A stretch of DNA of 64,000 nucleotides from Camelus ferus (Eukaryota): assembly GCF_009834535.1 (NCBI RefSeq), contig NC_045697.1, positions 23,128,001 through 23,192,000 of the forward strand, given 5' to 3'. The notes under the pieces are model-generated. The model saw only the letters and a list, made by a program, of their open reading frames with translations. It was not told the origin of the DNA and made no database searches. The position numbers and the translations under genes are program-made. Below are positions 52,179 to 64,000 of this stretch, piece by piece. Numbering within the stretch: position 1 is the stretch's first letter; each line of letters begins with the position of its first letter.

Positions 52179-54387
52179 TTGATTGTCTCTTAAGCCTTAG
52201 TGTAGTATATGTTTCTTGAAGCAAGTACCACATCTTACTCTCCCTTATATTTTCCACAGTAGTGGATGCCCAAGACGATGCCTTACATGGAGAAACCACT
52301 CTATAAATCATGTAGAAAATACACATTTCTTTCAAATCTTATCTTACCTAGAGATCACTTAGATCCACTTTGCCTTTTGTTGAATAGTTGAAATATGCTA
52401 AGAACAGAATGTTCTCTCTGAATAACATTTAGAATCATCATTAGTTTAAACTCCCTGACTCATTTGTTTATGAAGTGAGACTCAGTGTAAGAACATTTAA
52501 CACTTGCCATAGAATTGTTTTGAATTAATCACCAAACTAATGTGTTATAACTTTTGGAAACATAATTTCTCAAGTTGGTTTAGGTTATGGCCATGACATT
52601 TTTATTAAATAAAACAAAGTAGAAAATAAAGTAAAACTCTTGTGAACTTTTAACCTCTTTTTGTTAATTGCTTTGGTCTTTCCCTATGGCACCGGCAAAA
52701 CTATTTAATAGGGAGATACAATTTTCTAGTTGCTGGGTTTGCTACCTTTGTTAAAATTTTCAAAACATAAAAATTTGGACATTGCTTGACTATTTACTAA
52801 ACTACTGATGTACACATATAAACAAAATAATTAATGAGTGTGACCTGAGTATTTCTCTCATTGGATTCTGCTTTGCTGTATCATATTTGTTTTACAATGT
52901 AATTAATAAAGATTCTACATATACTAACATCACACTCACTTCCAATTTATCAGTAGGTCCATCATAGACCATGTATGACGTCTACTCATTGCTATGTTGT
53001 GATCAAGAGATATCTAACAGAGTCCCATACTGATGCACGTAGATGTTTAAAATACAGTTCTCTTGTTTATTTGCTAGGCTCTGATCAGTGTGCCTGAAAG
53101 ATGGTATCTACTGCATCAGGTATGACTATTACAAAATGTTATTAGTGCCTTATATTTTGATGAACCAGGTGGGTTAATTTCCAACTTGTTAATTAAGTCA
53201 GAACAGAGAAAATCCATTTGTATTTGTCTTTTACTAGTTTTTTTTTTTAAATTCTTTCTCATGATTGTTTTTGTGTAATATTTATCATATACCTCAACTC
53301 CTAAATCTGAAAGTAGAAAAGAATAATCCAAATGAGTTTAACACATAATAATTTTAAGAAATATTTTTGAGACCTGTTGTATTGTGTTAACTTGAGAAAT
53401 ATGGGAAGGTATTTTTTGTAGTGTTTTCCGCTTTCTACACGCCCTTACTGATTTCATGCTTTCCCTACTCTTCTTATAATGATGGCTATAACCTTTATTA
53501 ATAATAACAAGCAATGGAAATTCATAATATTACTCTTCTTTAGGGAGTGTATTATTTTAGCAAGAATCCATGATCAGAAATACAAGCCATTGCTCATCTG
53601 GTAAGGGACAACATTGATGTCTCTGAAATCTCAACAAATTGAGTTTGTCTGTTGTCTTAATGAATGTTGATTTCTCTGAACTGAAGGTGTATAATTCACA
53701 CTGAAGTTTATTTTGCATTGCAAACAAGATTTTATTGAAGTCTAGTCATTCCAATTTAGTTTAGGTTTCTAGTGTATCTTAACTTATTTACAGAAAATAC
53801 TTATACTTGAACGTCCCTTTTTCTATTATATTTATTCTGAAGCCTCAACTAGTCAAAGATGCCAGATCTGAAAAGCACTACCATTCTGTAATTTCTGTTT
53901 CCTAGGATGAATGGACATCCAATTTGAGTAAAATTATCCAACAGTATTCAAATTCCAGCATGAATTTAAAACATAGTTATTACTTCTTAAAAATCAAGTA
54001 TTAAAATATACAAACAACAACATCTCTGTCAAGTTGCAAATGAAATAAACTTACACAAACCGTTCTTAAAACTTTCTAACCTAAGGAATCTGATATCATG
54101 GCCTCAGGGTAGTAGATTCAATGTCTATAATATGCTTCCTAGGAGAGAGAAAGGTGGACTCTGAGTCACTGTTTGCCTAAGGCTGACCTAACAGTGCTTC
54201 TGGTATTTTTTTGTTTGCTTGTTTTTTTGCAAATACATCACTGGGTCTTATTCAGAAAGTTCAGAGTTTGGAAATCTGTATAAAATAAGAATGATCTTTT
54301 TATACGTTTGTCTTTTACTACATCAAGTTAACATTATTGAACAGAATGTCACTAAATTAAAGACTATGTTAGGAATTGCATAAAGTA

Positions 54388-54880
54388 ATGCTACTCAAAG
54401 TAGTTGCACTTTGAACCATGGGTCTTCAGTCCAGGACGAGATATGGAACTTGAGAGAAAAAAATAAATCATTGCTTCCTGTTTTAAGAAAATTTCAGTAG
54501 GAAAAAAAAAGTCAGCTAAATTAAATACTGTGTTTATGAGACTGAAGATATTAACTACTATGTATAAAATAGATAAACAGCAAGGACTTAATGTATAGCA
54601 CAGGAAATTATATTAAATACCTTGTAATAGCCTATAATAAAAAAGAATATGACAAGGAATACATATATATATATATAACCGAATCACTATGCTGTGTACC
54701 AGAAATTAACATAATATTGTAAACTGATTGTACTTCAATAAAAATAAAGAATAATAAAAAGAGATAGTGTGTTTAATGACAAAGTGATTTACATTTTTCT
54801 ACAAGCTCCTTATCACCTGTGAATCATAACAAATATTTCATGAGTCACCATTAATCTTTCTCACCTTGTTACATTGCTGT
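54388..54880. mobile_element. hAT-Charlie (Charlie4-like) remnant, interrupted by an L1 3' end
   Basis: tgctactcaaagt..., gtccaggacgagata, aaaaaaagtcagct...tgtgttta, tgatttacatt...caagctccttatc. Confidence 0.55.
54537..54763 (+). mobile_element. 5'-truncated L1 3' end
   Basis: aactactatgtataaaatagataaacagcaaggac...tgtatagcacaggaaattatatt...tacttcaataaaa, then an A-rich tail. TSD-like atactgtgttta (54525-54536) and atagtgtgttta (54764-54775). Confidence 0.88.
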
Positions 54881-56193
54881 AAAGGACAGTCAGAGATTGG
54901 CAGTTAAACCTCTAAAAGTGCTACAGTTGAGATGAAATACCATGTATTTCCAATTAGGATGGACATATGCAATTTATTATAATGCAATGAAGAAGGAAAA
55001 AAACAATCATTTTGAGTATAAGTCCCAATTTTAAAAACTGCATGTCATTGGATCCAAATTATAGAACTTGACTGGTGACTGAGCACTTCTTACATGGGCA
55101 ACTGTATGTAATACACCCAGGGTAACTTGGACAGAGATTTTTTTTTTTTTTTAAACGATGCTTGATTATTCTAGCAATGCAGAGAAGACTCTCTAATTTT
55201 AAATCAACTCTCAGTAATTCACTGTTACAAATTTAAGATTGATTAATTTTCATAGTTTTATAGATATATTTATATTTAGGCTGTTTTACAATGTTCACAA
55301 TATACATTAGATATAAAGTCTGTGTATACATTATACTGAAAATTAAAATGACATTGTAGATGATTACTAGAAGTAGCATATCCCAATTTCCTTCACTATG
55401 TAAGTTGTCTTGAGTTATTTATAAAATCCCCACTGAATCATAAATCTGTTCTTTGTTGGAATTGTTGGTAATGTTCTTACTTCAAAACATGCATTTTATC
55501 TATAAGAGTACTCGAATATTTTTGCTAAGTGGCTGATTGGCCTTGAACTAACGAAGCTCAGAACATTGCACATCAAAATAATATGGTGTGATGAACCACT
55601 ATGGCAAGTTATACATATATTAACCAAAGGGGATTTGCAAACCAATCCCAGAGTCAAATTCGTTTTTCTAAGCAATGTTTTGGACCACTTAGTACTGTCA
55701 TTCTACTGAAAACTCAACGAAATCATTCAAATTTAGAGTTCAATTCATGTTTAAAATCATTATACATACTTTGTGAAACTTTTGACATTTGTTTAGTGAA
55801 TAACTGTTTTATTCTGAAAATATATTTATTTTCAATTCTGAAAAATATTTGTTTTTTCCTCTTATAATAGTCATCAATGTGAACTAACAGTAGAATTTGA
55901 AACAAAGAGGTAAATTAAAATAAAGGTAGGAGAATATTTTCCTTGTCTTAGTTCTCCTTGACTAGAAATACATTAGAGCATATTATCAGTTTTAACTTAT
56001 CATGCACTTCTTTGGACCATTTTTACAGACCAGTCTGTTTTATTCTTTTCAAAAGATAGAGGTGTACTTCTTTAATTCACACAAATTCCATTCCATTTGA
56101 TAAAACCTGAAATAAATTTCAATAAATCAAAAAAGTTTTAAATTACATCTGTTTAAATACTACATGGCAAAGTAAAACTGTCAAAAATAAAGG

Positions 56194-56195
<2 letters not shown>

Positions 56196-56243
<48 letters not shown>
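56196..56243. repeat. (AC)24 microsatellite
   Basis: Perfect dinucleotide repeat. Confidence 0.97.
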
Positions 56244-56245
<2 letters not shown>

Positions 56246-56550
56246 CCCCACGTGCTGGCAAAGTGCAAGAACAGCTACAACAATAGATCAGAGTAACTCC
56301 ACAGTTAAGTGCTACTGAAACCTCATTTAACAACAAAGAGATAGACGTTAGAAAAGCCTGATTTTCCAGAATTCATGAAAAAGCCACATGGAATTTATTT
56401 AAAGATAAAGACTTGGACAAATACTCCTCAAAGTTAGGAAATTCAGAATTTAAGGATTAGATAAATATTTGCAGTGTTTATTATACTCTATCTTTTCTTC
56501 AAAATATGTCTGTCTTCTCCAATGATTTGAGTTTTCCCCCAATTTTTTTT

Positions 56551-59500
56551 AACATTTTTTATTGATTTATAATCATTTTACAATGTTGTGTCAAATTCCA
56601 GTGTTCAGCACAATTTTTCAGTTATTCATGGACATATACACACTCATTGTCACATTTTTTTCTCTGTGAGTTATCATAACATTTTGTGTATATTTCCCTG
56701 TGCTATACAGTGTAGTCTATTCTACAATTTTGAAATCCCAGTCTATCCCTTCCCACACTCCACCCCCTTGGTAACCACAAGTCTGTATTCTCTGTCTGTG
56801 AGTCTATTTCTGTCCTTTATTTACGCTTTGTTTTTGTTTGTTTGTTTTTGTTTTTGTTTTTTAGATTCCACATATGAGCAATCTCATATGGTATTTTTCT
56901 TTCTCTTTCTGGCTTACTTCACTTAGAATGACATTCTCCAGGAGCATCCAGGTTGCTGCAAATGGCATTATGTTGTCAGTTTTTATGGCTGAGTAGTATT
57001 CCATTGTATAAATATACCACCTCTTCTTTATCCAGTCACCTGTTGATGGACATTTAGGCTGTTTCCATGTTTTGGCTATTGTAAATAGTGCTGCTATGAA
57101 CATTGGGGTGCAGGTGTCATCCTGAAGTAGATTTCCTTCTGGATACAAGCCCAGGAGTGGGATTCCTGGGTCATATGGTAAGTCTATTCCTAGTCTTCTG
57201 AGGAATCTCCACGCTGTTTTCCATAGTGGCTGCACCAAACTGCATTCCCACCAGCAGTGTAGGAGGGTTCCCCTTTCTCCACAGCCTCTCCAGCATTTGT
57301 CATTTGTGGATTTTTGAATGACGGCCATTCTGACTGGTGTGAGGTGATACCTCATTGTAGTTTTGATTTGCATTTCTCTGATAATTAGTGATATTGAGCA
57401 TTTTTTCATGTGCTTTTTGATCATTTGTATGTCTTCCTTGGAGAATTGCTTGTTTAGGTCTTCTGCCCATTTTTGGATTGGGTTGTTTATTTTTTTCTTA
57501 TTGAGTCGTATGAGCTGCTTATATATTCTGGAGATCAAGCCTTTGTCGGTTTCACTTGCAAAAATTTTCTCCCATTCCGTAGGTTTTCTTCTTGTTTTAT
57601 TTCTGGTTTCCTTTGCTGTGCAGAAGCTTGTAAGTTTCATTAGGTCTCATTTGTTTATTCTTGCTTTTATTTCTTCTAGGAGAAAATTTTTGAAATGTAT
57701 GTCAGATAATGTTTTGCCTATATTTTCCTCTAGGAGGTTTATTGTATCTTGTCTTATGTTTAAGTCTTTAATCCATTTTGAGTTGATTTTTGTATATGGT
57801 GTAAGGGAGTGTTCTAGCTTCATTGTTTTACATGCTGCTGTCCAGTTTTCCCAACACCATTTGCTGAAGAGACTGTCTTTATTCCAATGTATATTCTTGC
57901 CTCCATTGTCAAAGATGAGTTGACCAAAAGTTTGTGGGTTCATTTCTGGGCTCTCTATTCTGTTCCATTGGTCTATATGTCTGTTTTGGTACCAATACCA
58001 TGCTGTCTTGATGACTGTAGCTCTATAGTATTGTCTGAAGTCTGGGAGAGTTATTCCTCCAGCCTCTTTCTTTCTCTTCAGTAATGCTTTGGCAATTCTA
58101 GGTCTTTGATGGTTCCATATGAATTTTATTATGATTTGTTCTAGTTCTGTGAAATATGTCCTGGGTAATTGGATAGGGATTGCATTAAACCTGTAGATTG
58201 CCTTGGGCAGTGTGACCATTTTAACAATATTGATTCTTCCAATCCAAGAGCATGGAATATCTTTCCATTTTTTAAAGTCTTCTTTAATTTCCTTCATCAA
58301 TGGTTTATAGTTTTCTGTGTATAATTCTTTCACCTCCTTGGTTAGATTTATTCCCAGATATTTTATTAATTTGGGTGCTATTTTAAAGGGGAGTGTTTCT
58401 TTACTTTCTTCTTCTGTTGATTTATCGTTAGTGTAAAGAAATGCAACTGATTTTTGAACGTTAATTTTGTAACCTGCTACCTTGCTGAATTCTTCAATCA
58501 GCTCTAGTAGCTTTTGTGTGGACCTTTTACGGTTTTCTATATATAGTAACATGTCATCAGCATATAATGACACTTTTACCTCTTCTTTTCCAATTTGGAT
58601 CCCTTTTATTTCTTTCTCTTGCCTGACTGCTGTGGCTAGGACTTCCAGGACTATGTTGAATAGGAGTGGTGATAGTGGGCATCCTTGTCTTGTCCCAGAT
58701 TTTAGTGGGAAGCTTTTGAGTTTTTCACCGTTGAGTACTATGCTGGCTGTAGGTTTGTCATATATAGCTTTTATTATGTTGAGATATGTTCCCTCTATAC
58801 CCACTTTGGCGAGAGTTTTTATCATAAATGGGTGTTGAATTTTATCAAATGCTTTTTCTGCATCGATTGAGATGATCATGTGGTTTTTTTCCTTTCTCTT
58901 GTTGATGTGATGTATTACACTGATTGATTTGCGTATGTTGAACCAGCCTTGTGTCCCTGGGATGAACCCCACTTGGTCATGATGTATAATCTTTTTTATG
59001 TGTTGTTGGATTGTATTTGCTAAAATTTTGGTGAGGATTTTGGCGTCTATGTTCATCAGTGATATTGGCCTATAATTCTCTTTTTTTGTAGTGTCTTTGC
59101 CTGGTTTTGGTATCAGGGTGATGGTGGCTTCATAGAATGAGTTTGGGAGTATTCCCTCCTTTTCAATCGTCTAAGAGTTTGAGAAGGACTGGTATGAGTT
59201 CTTCTTTGTATGTTTGGTAGAATTCCCCGGTGAAGCCGTCCGGTCCTGGACTTTTATTTGTAGGGAGGTTTTTAATTGCTATTTCTATTTCCTTTCTAGT
59301 GATCGGATTGTTCAAGTGTTCAGATTCTTCTTGATTCAGTTTTGGTGGACAGTATGTTTCCAGAAACTTGTCCATCTCCTCTAGGTTATCCAGTTTGGTT
59401 CCATATAGTTTTTCATAATATTCTCGTATGATATTCTGTATTTCTATTTTGTTTGTTGTAATTTCTCCATTTTCCTTTCTTATTTTGCTAATTTGTGCTC

Positions 59501-60931
59501 TCTCTTTTTTCTTCTTTGTGAGTTTGGCCAGAGGATTGTTGATTTTATTTACTTTTTCAAAAAACCAGCTTTTGGTTTGGTTGATTTTTTCTATGGTCTT
59601 GTTAATCTCCATTGTATTTAATTCCTCTCTGATCTTTATTATTTCCTTCCTTCTGCTGCTTTTTGGGGCTTTTTGTTCTTCTTTTTCTAATTCATTCAGG
59701 TGGTGGGTTAAATTGTTTATTTGAGATTATTCTTCTTTTTGGAGGAAGGCCTGTATCGCTATAAACTTTCCTCTTAGCACTGCCTTTGCTGTGTCCCATA
59801 GGTTTTGAGTGGTTGTGCTTTCATTATCATTTGTCTCAAGGTATTTTTTAATTTCAGCTTTGATTTCCTCATTGATCCATTGTTTTTCAATAACATATTG
59901 TTTAATCTCCATGCTTTCCTTTCTTTCTCCTTTGTTTCTCTGTTGTTGATTTCCAGTTTCATGGCATTGTGGTCAGTAAAGATGCTTGAGATAATTTCTA
60001 TCTTCTTAAAATTGTTGAGGTTTCTTTTGTGTCCAAGTACATGATCGATCCAGGAAAATGTTCCATGTGCACTTGAAAAGAATGTATATCCTATTTTTGG
60101 GGGGTGTAATGCTCTGAAAATATCCACCAAATCTAGTTTTTCTATTGTAGTATTTAATTTCTCTGTCGCCTTGTTTATTTTCTGTCTGGAAGATCTGTCT
60201 AGTGATGTTAATGCAGTGTTAAAATCTCAAACTATGATTGTATTCCCATCAATATCCCCCTTTATCTCTGTTAGTAATTCTTGTATGTACTTAGGTGCTC
60301 CTATATTGGGTGCATATATATTAATGAGTGTTAATATCCTCATCTTGTATCACTCCTTTAATCATTATAAAATGTCCTTCTTTATCTTTCTTTATGGCCT
60401 TTGTTTTAAAGTCTATTTTGTCTGAAATCAGTACTGCAACACCTGCTTTTTTGGCTTTTCCATTTGCATGGAATATCCTTTTCCATCCTTTCACTCTCAA
60501 TCTATATGTGTCCTTCTCCCTAAAGTGGGTCTCTTGTATGCAGCATATTGAAGGTTCTTGCTTTATTATCCAGTCTGCCACTCTGTGTCTTTTGACTGGA
60601 GCATTTAGTCCATTAACATTTACAGTAATTAATGATAGATGTGTGTTTATTGCCATTTTGAACTTATCTTTGCAGTTGAATTGGTATATCCTCTTTGTTC
60701 CTTTCTTCTTCCTTTTGTGGTTTGGTAATTTTCCTTTGTATTATCATGGATTTTATTTAATTTTTGTGACTCCTTTGTAAATTTTTGGCTTGTGGTTACC
60801 CTTTTTTGTAAATCTATCAACCCATTACTATAACTGTTTTTATTAAACTGATAGTAACATGATCTCAAACCCATCCTACTGTTAAAAAAATTTAAAAAAG
60901 AAAGAAAAAAATATTCTATATTTCCCTGCCT
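56551..60931 (-). mobile_element. Relatively young LINE-1, 5'-truncated upstream of ORF2 (~4.4 kb: presumed inter-ORF spacer, ORF2, 3' UTR)
   Basis: Continuous L1 ORF2 homology, 3' UTR with AATAAA on the minus strand, and probable TSD CAATTTTTTTT at 56540-56550 and 60932-60942. Confidence 0.97.
56861..60656 (-). pseudogene. Disabled L1 ORF2p (APE endonuclease, reverse transcriptase, CCHC knuckle)
   Basis: EN motifs [35 protein letters not shown] motifs [18 protein letters not shown] and LYADD; C-terminal [18 protein letters not shown]. Frame comparison of the ORF pieces implies 3 frameshifts (~60330, ~59900, ~59170) and 2 in-frame stops (TAA 59727-59729, TGA 57647-57649). Confidence 0.95.
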
Positions 60932-60949
60932 CAATTTTTTTTTTAATGT

Positions 60950-61675
60950 GTGTCACTGTGTGCCAAATGTTCCGAGACCTGACATTCTACAGTGGATTGC
61001 CATTGTGCTCTCACATTCAATCAGTAGTTTGGCTTGATGTAAAATAGCTAGTTTCAAAAATCCTTTCCATCTATACATAAAAAAAGCATACATGCATACT
61101 CAGCAATCTTTTTCTATACACTGTTACTATTGAGAATTTTGTTGTCACTGTGATTCTTGTGCATTTCAGGTGACTGTTCTTTCTCTTGGGCATCATTTAT
61201 GCTCCTCTGTTTGTCTCTGCTATATGACTGTATTTCCTTCTCTCTCATGTCTGGCATCCTTTCAATCAAATATCTATCTTTATTTAATCCTTCAAAAATA
61301 TGTCTAATTGCTTATTCAAATATTTCCTCCTTTAATTTTTCTCCCTTTTTCTGTTTCATTTTGGCAGAAGTCATTTATTTGTTTTTCAATGCATTTATTT
61401 ATTTCACATCTATATTCCTCTGACTATCCATTCTTTATCTCATTCTTTATTTCAACAATTTTACCTTAATTAATGTTGATAGCACTTCTTTTCTCCTTAT
61501 ATATATCATTTTATCACATTAATTTTAAATTATTTTTCTGCCTGTTCTAATAATAACACTTCAGTTTGTACATAGAGCTCACTATATTGTCATTTTCAGA
61601 AAAAACATCATTATATTTTTCATGTGCATTGCTCTTTTAACCAGGGAGTTCATTTTTTTCTTAGGATCAGCAAGC
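60950..61675 (-). mobile_element. Very old L1 ORF1-region remnant
   Basis: Pyrimidine-rich. agtagtttggcttgatgtaaaatagctagtttcaaaaatc and ctctcatgtctggcatcctttcaatc resemble reverse-strand L1M ORF1. Confidence 0.5.
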
Positions 61676-61679
61676 TATT

Positions 61680-62060
61680 GTAAAATCAAGGTATGCTAGG
61701 ATATCCTAAACCAACAAACAAACGAAAAACATGAAATCTTGGCAGCTTAATTACAGAGAAGTTTCGTTCCTCAATCAGTCAAGAATCATCATATACTTAG
61801 CAGCTTCCTTCTAGCTTGTAGTTACAGTATGTGAAAAACTTGACTTCTGATGTTACTATGATATGGTATATTTTTTAGAGTTCTCCAGAGAGATGGAAGA
61901 GAGAAGTGGAAGATATTCTTTAGAGCCAAGTCTAGAAGTGGCTATCAAAGTATCTATCCAAATTCAACTGGCCAGAACTCAACCTCATTCTCTTGCTGAA
62001 CCATAAAGAATTCTGTGTATGTTTCTGTGCACACACATCTCTCTGCTATGACTACTCTAC
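61680..62060 (-). mobile_element. Old MaLR LTR (MLT1J/K-like)
   Basis: aaatcttggcagcttaattacagagaagttt...gtctagaagtggctatc...ccaaattcaactggccagaactc. Confidence 0.5.
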
Positions 62061-62243
62061 CTGGCAATGTGCATCCATGAAAGATTGAAGGCCAGTCACC
62101 ACTCCATGGAAGAACTGGAGAACTTAATGAGAAATGTACCAATGAGGCAAATTTCAGAATCACAAGTACCTCAAAACATATAGATTACCTCCAGTTGATG
62201 TTAACTCTACAAGGCAAATCCTATGGTCAAGATTTCAATTTTA

Positions 62244-62961
62244 TCTGCAATGAGGTATCACCTCACACCAGTCAGAATGGCCATCATTAAAAAGTCCACA
62301 AACACACTTAACATATGATCCAGCAATACCACTCCTGGGCATATATCCAGAGGAAACTCTAATTCAAAAAGATTCATGAACCCCAATGTTCACAGAAGCA
62401 CTATTTACGATAGCCAAGACATGGAAGCAACCTAAAAGTCCATTGACAGATGAAGGATTAAGAAGCTGTGGTACATTTATACAGTGGAATACTACTCAGC
62501 CATAAAAATAGAATAATGCCATTTGTAGCAACATGGATGGACCTGAAGATCATCATTCTAAAGCAAAGTAAGCCAGAAAGAGAAATAAAAATACCATGTG
62601 ATATCACTCTAAAAAAAAAAAAGATGCAAATGAACTTATTTACCAAACAGAAACAGAATCACAGACATAGAAAATAAACTTACTGTTACCAAGGGGAAGG
62701 GATAAATTGGGAGGTCAAGATTTGCAGATACTAACTACTATATATGAAATAGATATGTAAGTTTCTTCTGTATAGCACAGGTAGCTATATTCAATATCTT
62801 GTAATAATCTATAATGGAAAAGAATATGAAAATGAATATATGTATGTATATGTATGACTAGAAACATTATGCTGTACAACAGAAATTGGCACATTGTAAA
62901 TTAGCTATAATTCAATAAAACATTTTTTAAATAAAAAATTAAAAAAGATAAATAACCTCAA
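62244..62961 (+). mobile_element. 5'-truncated L1 (ORF2 end and 3' UTR) with a small internal deletion
   Basis: caatgaggtatcacctcacaccagtcagaatggcc ([11 protein letters not shown]), MPFVATWMDL, A-rich tail. Possible TSD aagatttcaatttta / aaaatttccatttta (13/15). Confidence 0.9.
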
Positions 62962-64000
62962 AAAATTTCCATTTTAAACCCTTGTGAAGAAGAATTACTG
63001 GAAGGAAACAGTTTTCAACCTTTATCATTCATTAGCCTTAGGTGTTTGGAGGGAAAAGTGTGAATGAATAATACTTTAGGGAGCTGGTCTCTCCAAATTT
63101 TTTTATCTAGTCCTTATACCTTCAAGGATTTTATACAGCCCTGATATTCTCTTATGATTTGGATTGATTCCTGCCATGAGGGGTCAGTAAAAAACTGTCC
63201 CAAAGGCAGAAATAGGACCTAAAAAACATCAGTGGAAGACAGCTTTGAGTACTCTCAGGGATTTATCAATGTTTACTTTTTGTTAGTATCTGAAACATAT
63301 TTTTCTTTCTCATTTGTAAAATTTCTCCAGAATCGACTTTGGAGGAAGGATGCAAAAGCACAAGTTAGTTCAACATTTTAGCAAAATTTAATTTTTAAAA
63401 CTCTGCTTTTTTACCATTTATCAATTTCTACTAGCTGACATATCCCAACACAAATAATATAACCACGGGCTCTTTATCAAAACCTTCTACAAATTTTAAA
63501 TACATATGTCACTTTTTTCCTTATTTTTCAACAAATTTTATATTGTGTGAATTGGTTAGATATCTAGTTTATAAAATTACACTGGAGTTTTTAATAATAC
63601 ATATTGGCAAATATTTTTATTTAAATGCAGTTTTGAAAGAAATATACTTCTTTAAATACCACTTTTTTCTGTTTTTTAAAAATTTTATTGGCAACTGATA
63701 AAATGTTTATCTAGATTATGAATGTTATATTGAAAAATGATTAATAGATGTAGGTTCAAATTATTGTGTTCTATTAAAAATGATTTAGTCCTTGATGAAC
63801 ATCTGTTTGATAATATGTTATACCCAGATATAGTAAATTAATGACATATATAAAATTACAGGGAAATGACACCTTCAGATCCATTTGAACAGATCTTTTA
63901 AAATGCTATTTGCCACAACCTGTCATCCTGTCATTATATAGCATTATGTAGCATTTAAAAGATGTTTACTTTTCATTTTGAAATTCTTTAGAAATCTAAA

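Noticed and set aside
56588..60780. Plus-strand ORFs of 65-186 aa (e.g. 57363-57923, 60328-60780)
   Set aside because: These are antisense shadows of L1 ORF2 and 3' UTR, not independent genes.

Overview
AT-rich mammalian genomic DNA, either intergenic or inside a large intron. I found no supportable host protein-coding gene, RNA gene or CRISPR array. The window is a layered transposon landscape. Ancient layer: MIR, L2, L1M-type LINEs, MaLR/ERVL/ERV1 solo LTRs and Tigger/Charlie DNA-transposon relics. Younger layer: L1 copies and two tRNA-Ala-derived SINEs resembling the camelid vic-1 family, which suggests an alpaca, llama or camel genome (inference). The only near-complete reading frame is a disabled L1 ORF2 (EN-RT-CCHC) in a 4.4-kb 5'-truncated L1 at 56551-60931 (-). 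The most unusual structure is a ~410-bp foldback-like element at 41249-41660. It is built from ~47-bp subrepeats in inverted orientation, has terminal inverted repeats and an apparent 9-10-bp target-site duplication, and sits inside an old L1; I cannot assign it to a family. Other items worth checking are a NRF1/Sp1/G-quadruplex cassette inside a Tigger MITE, a twin-primed (5'-inverted) L1, an L1 with ORF1 fused directly to the ORF2 end, and two candidate regulatory elements. Family names come from remembered consensus motifs, not from a database search. Boundaries of the old repeats are approximate.
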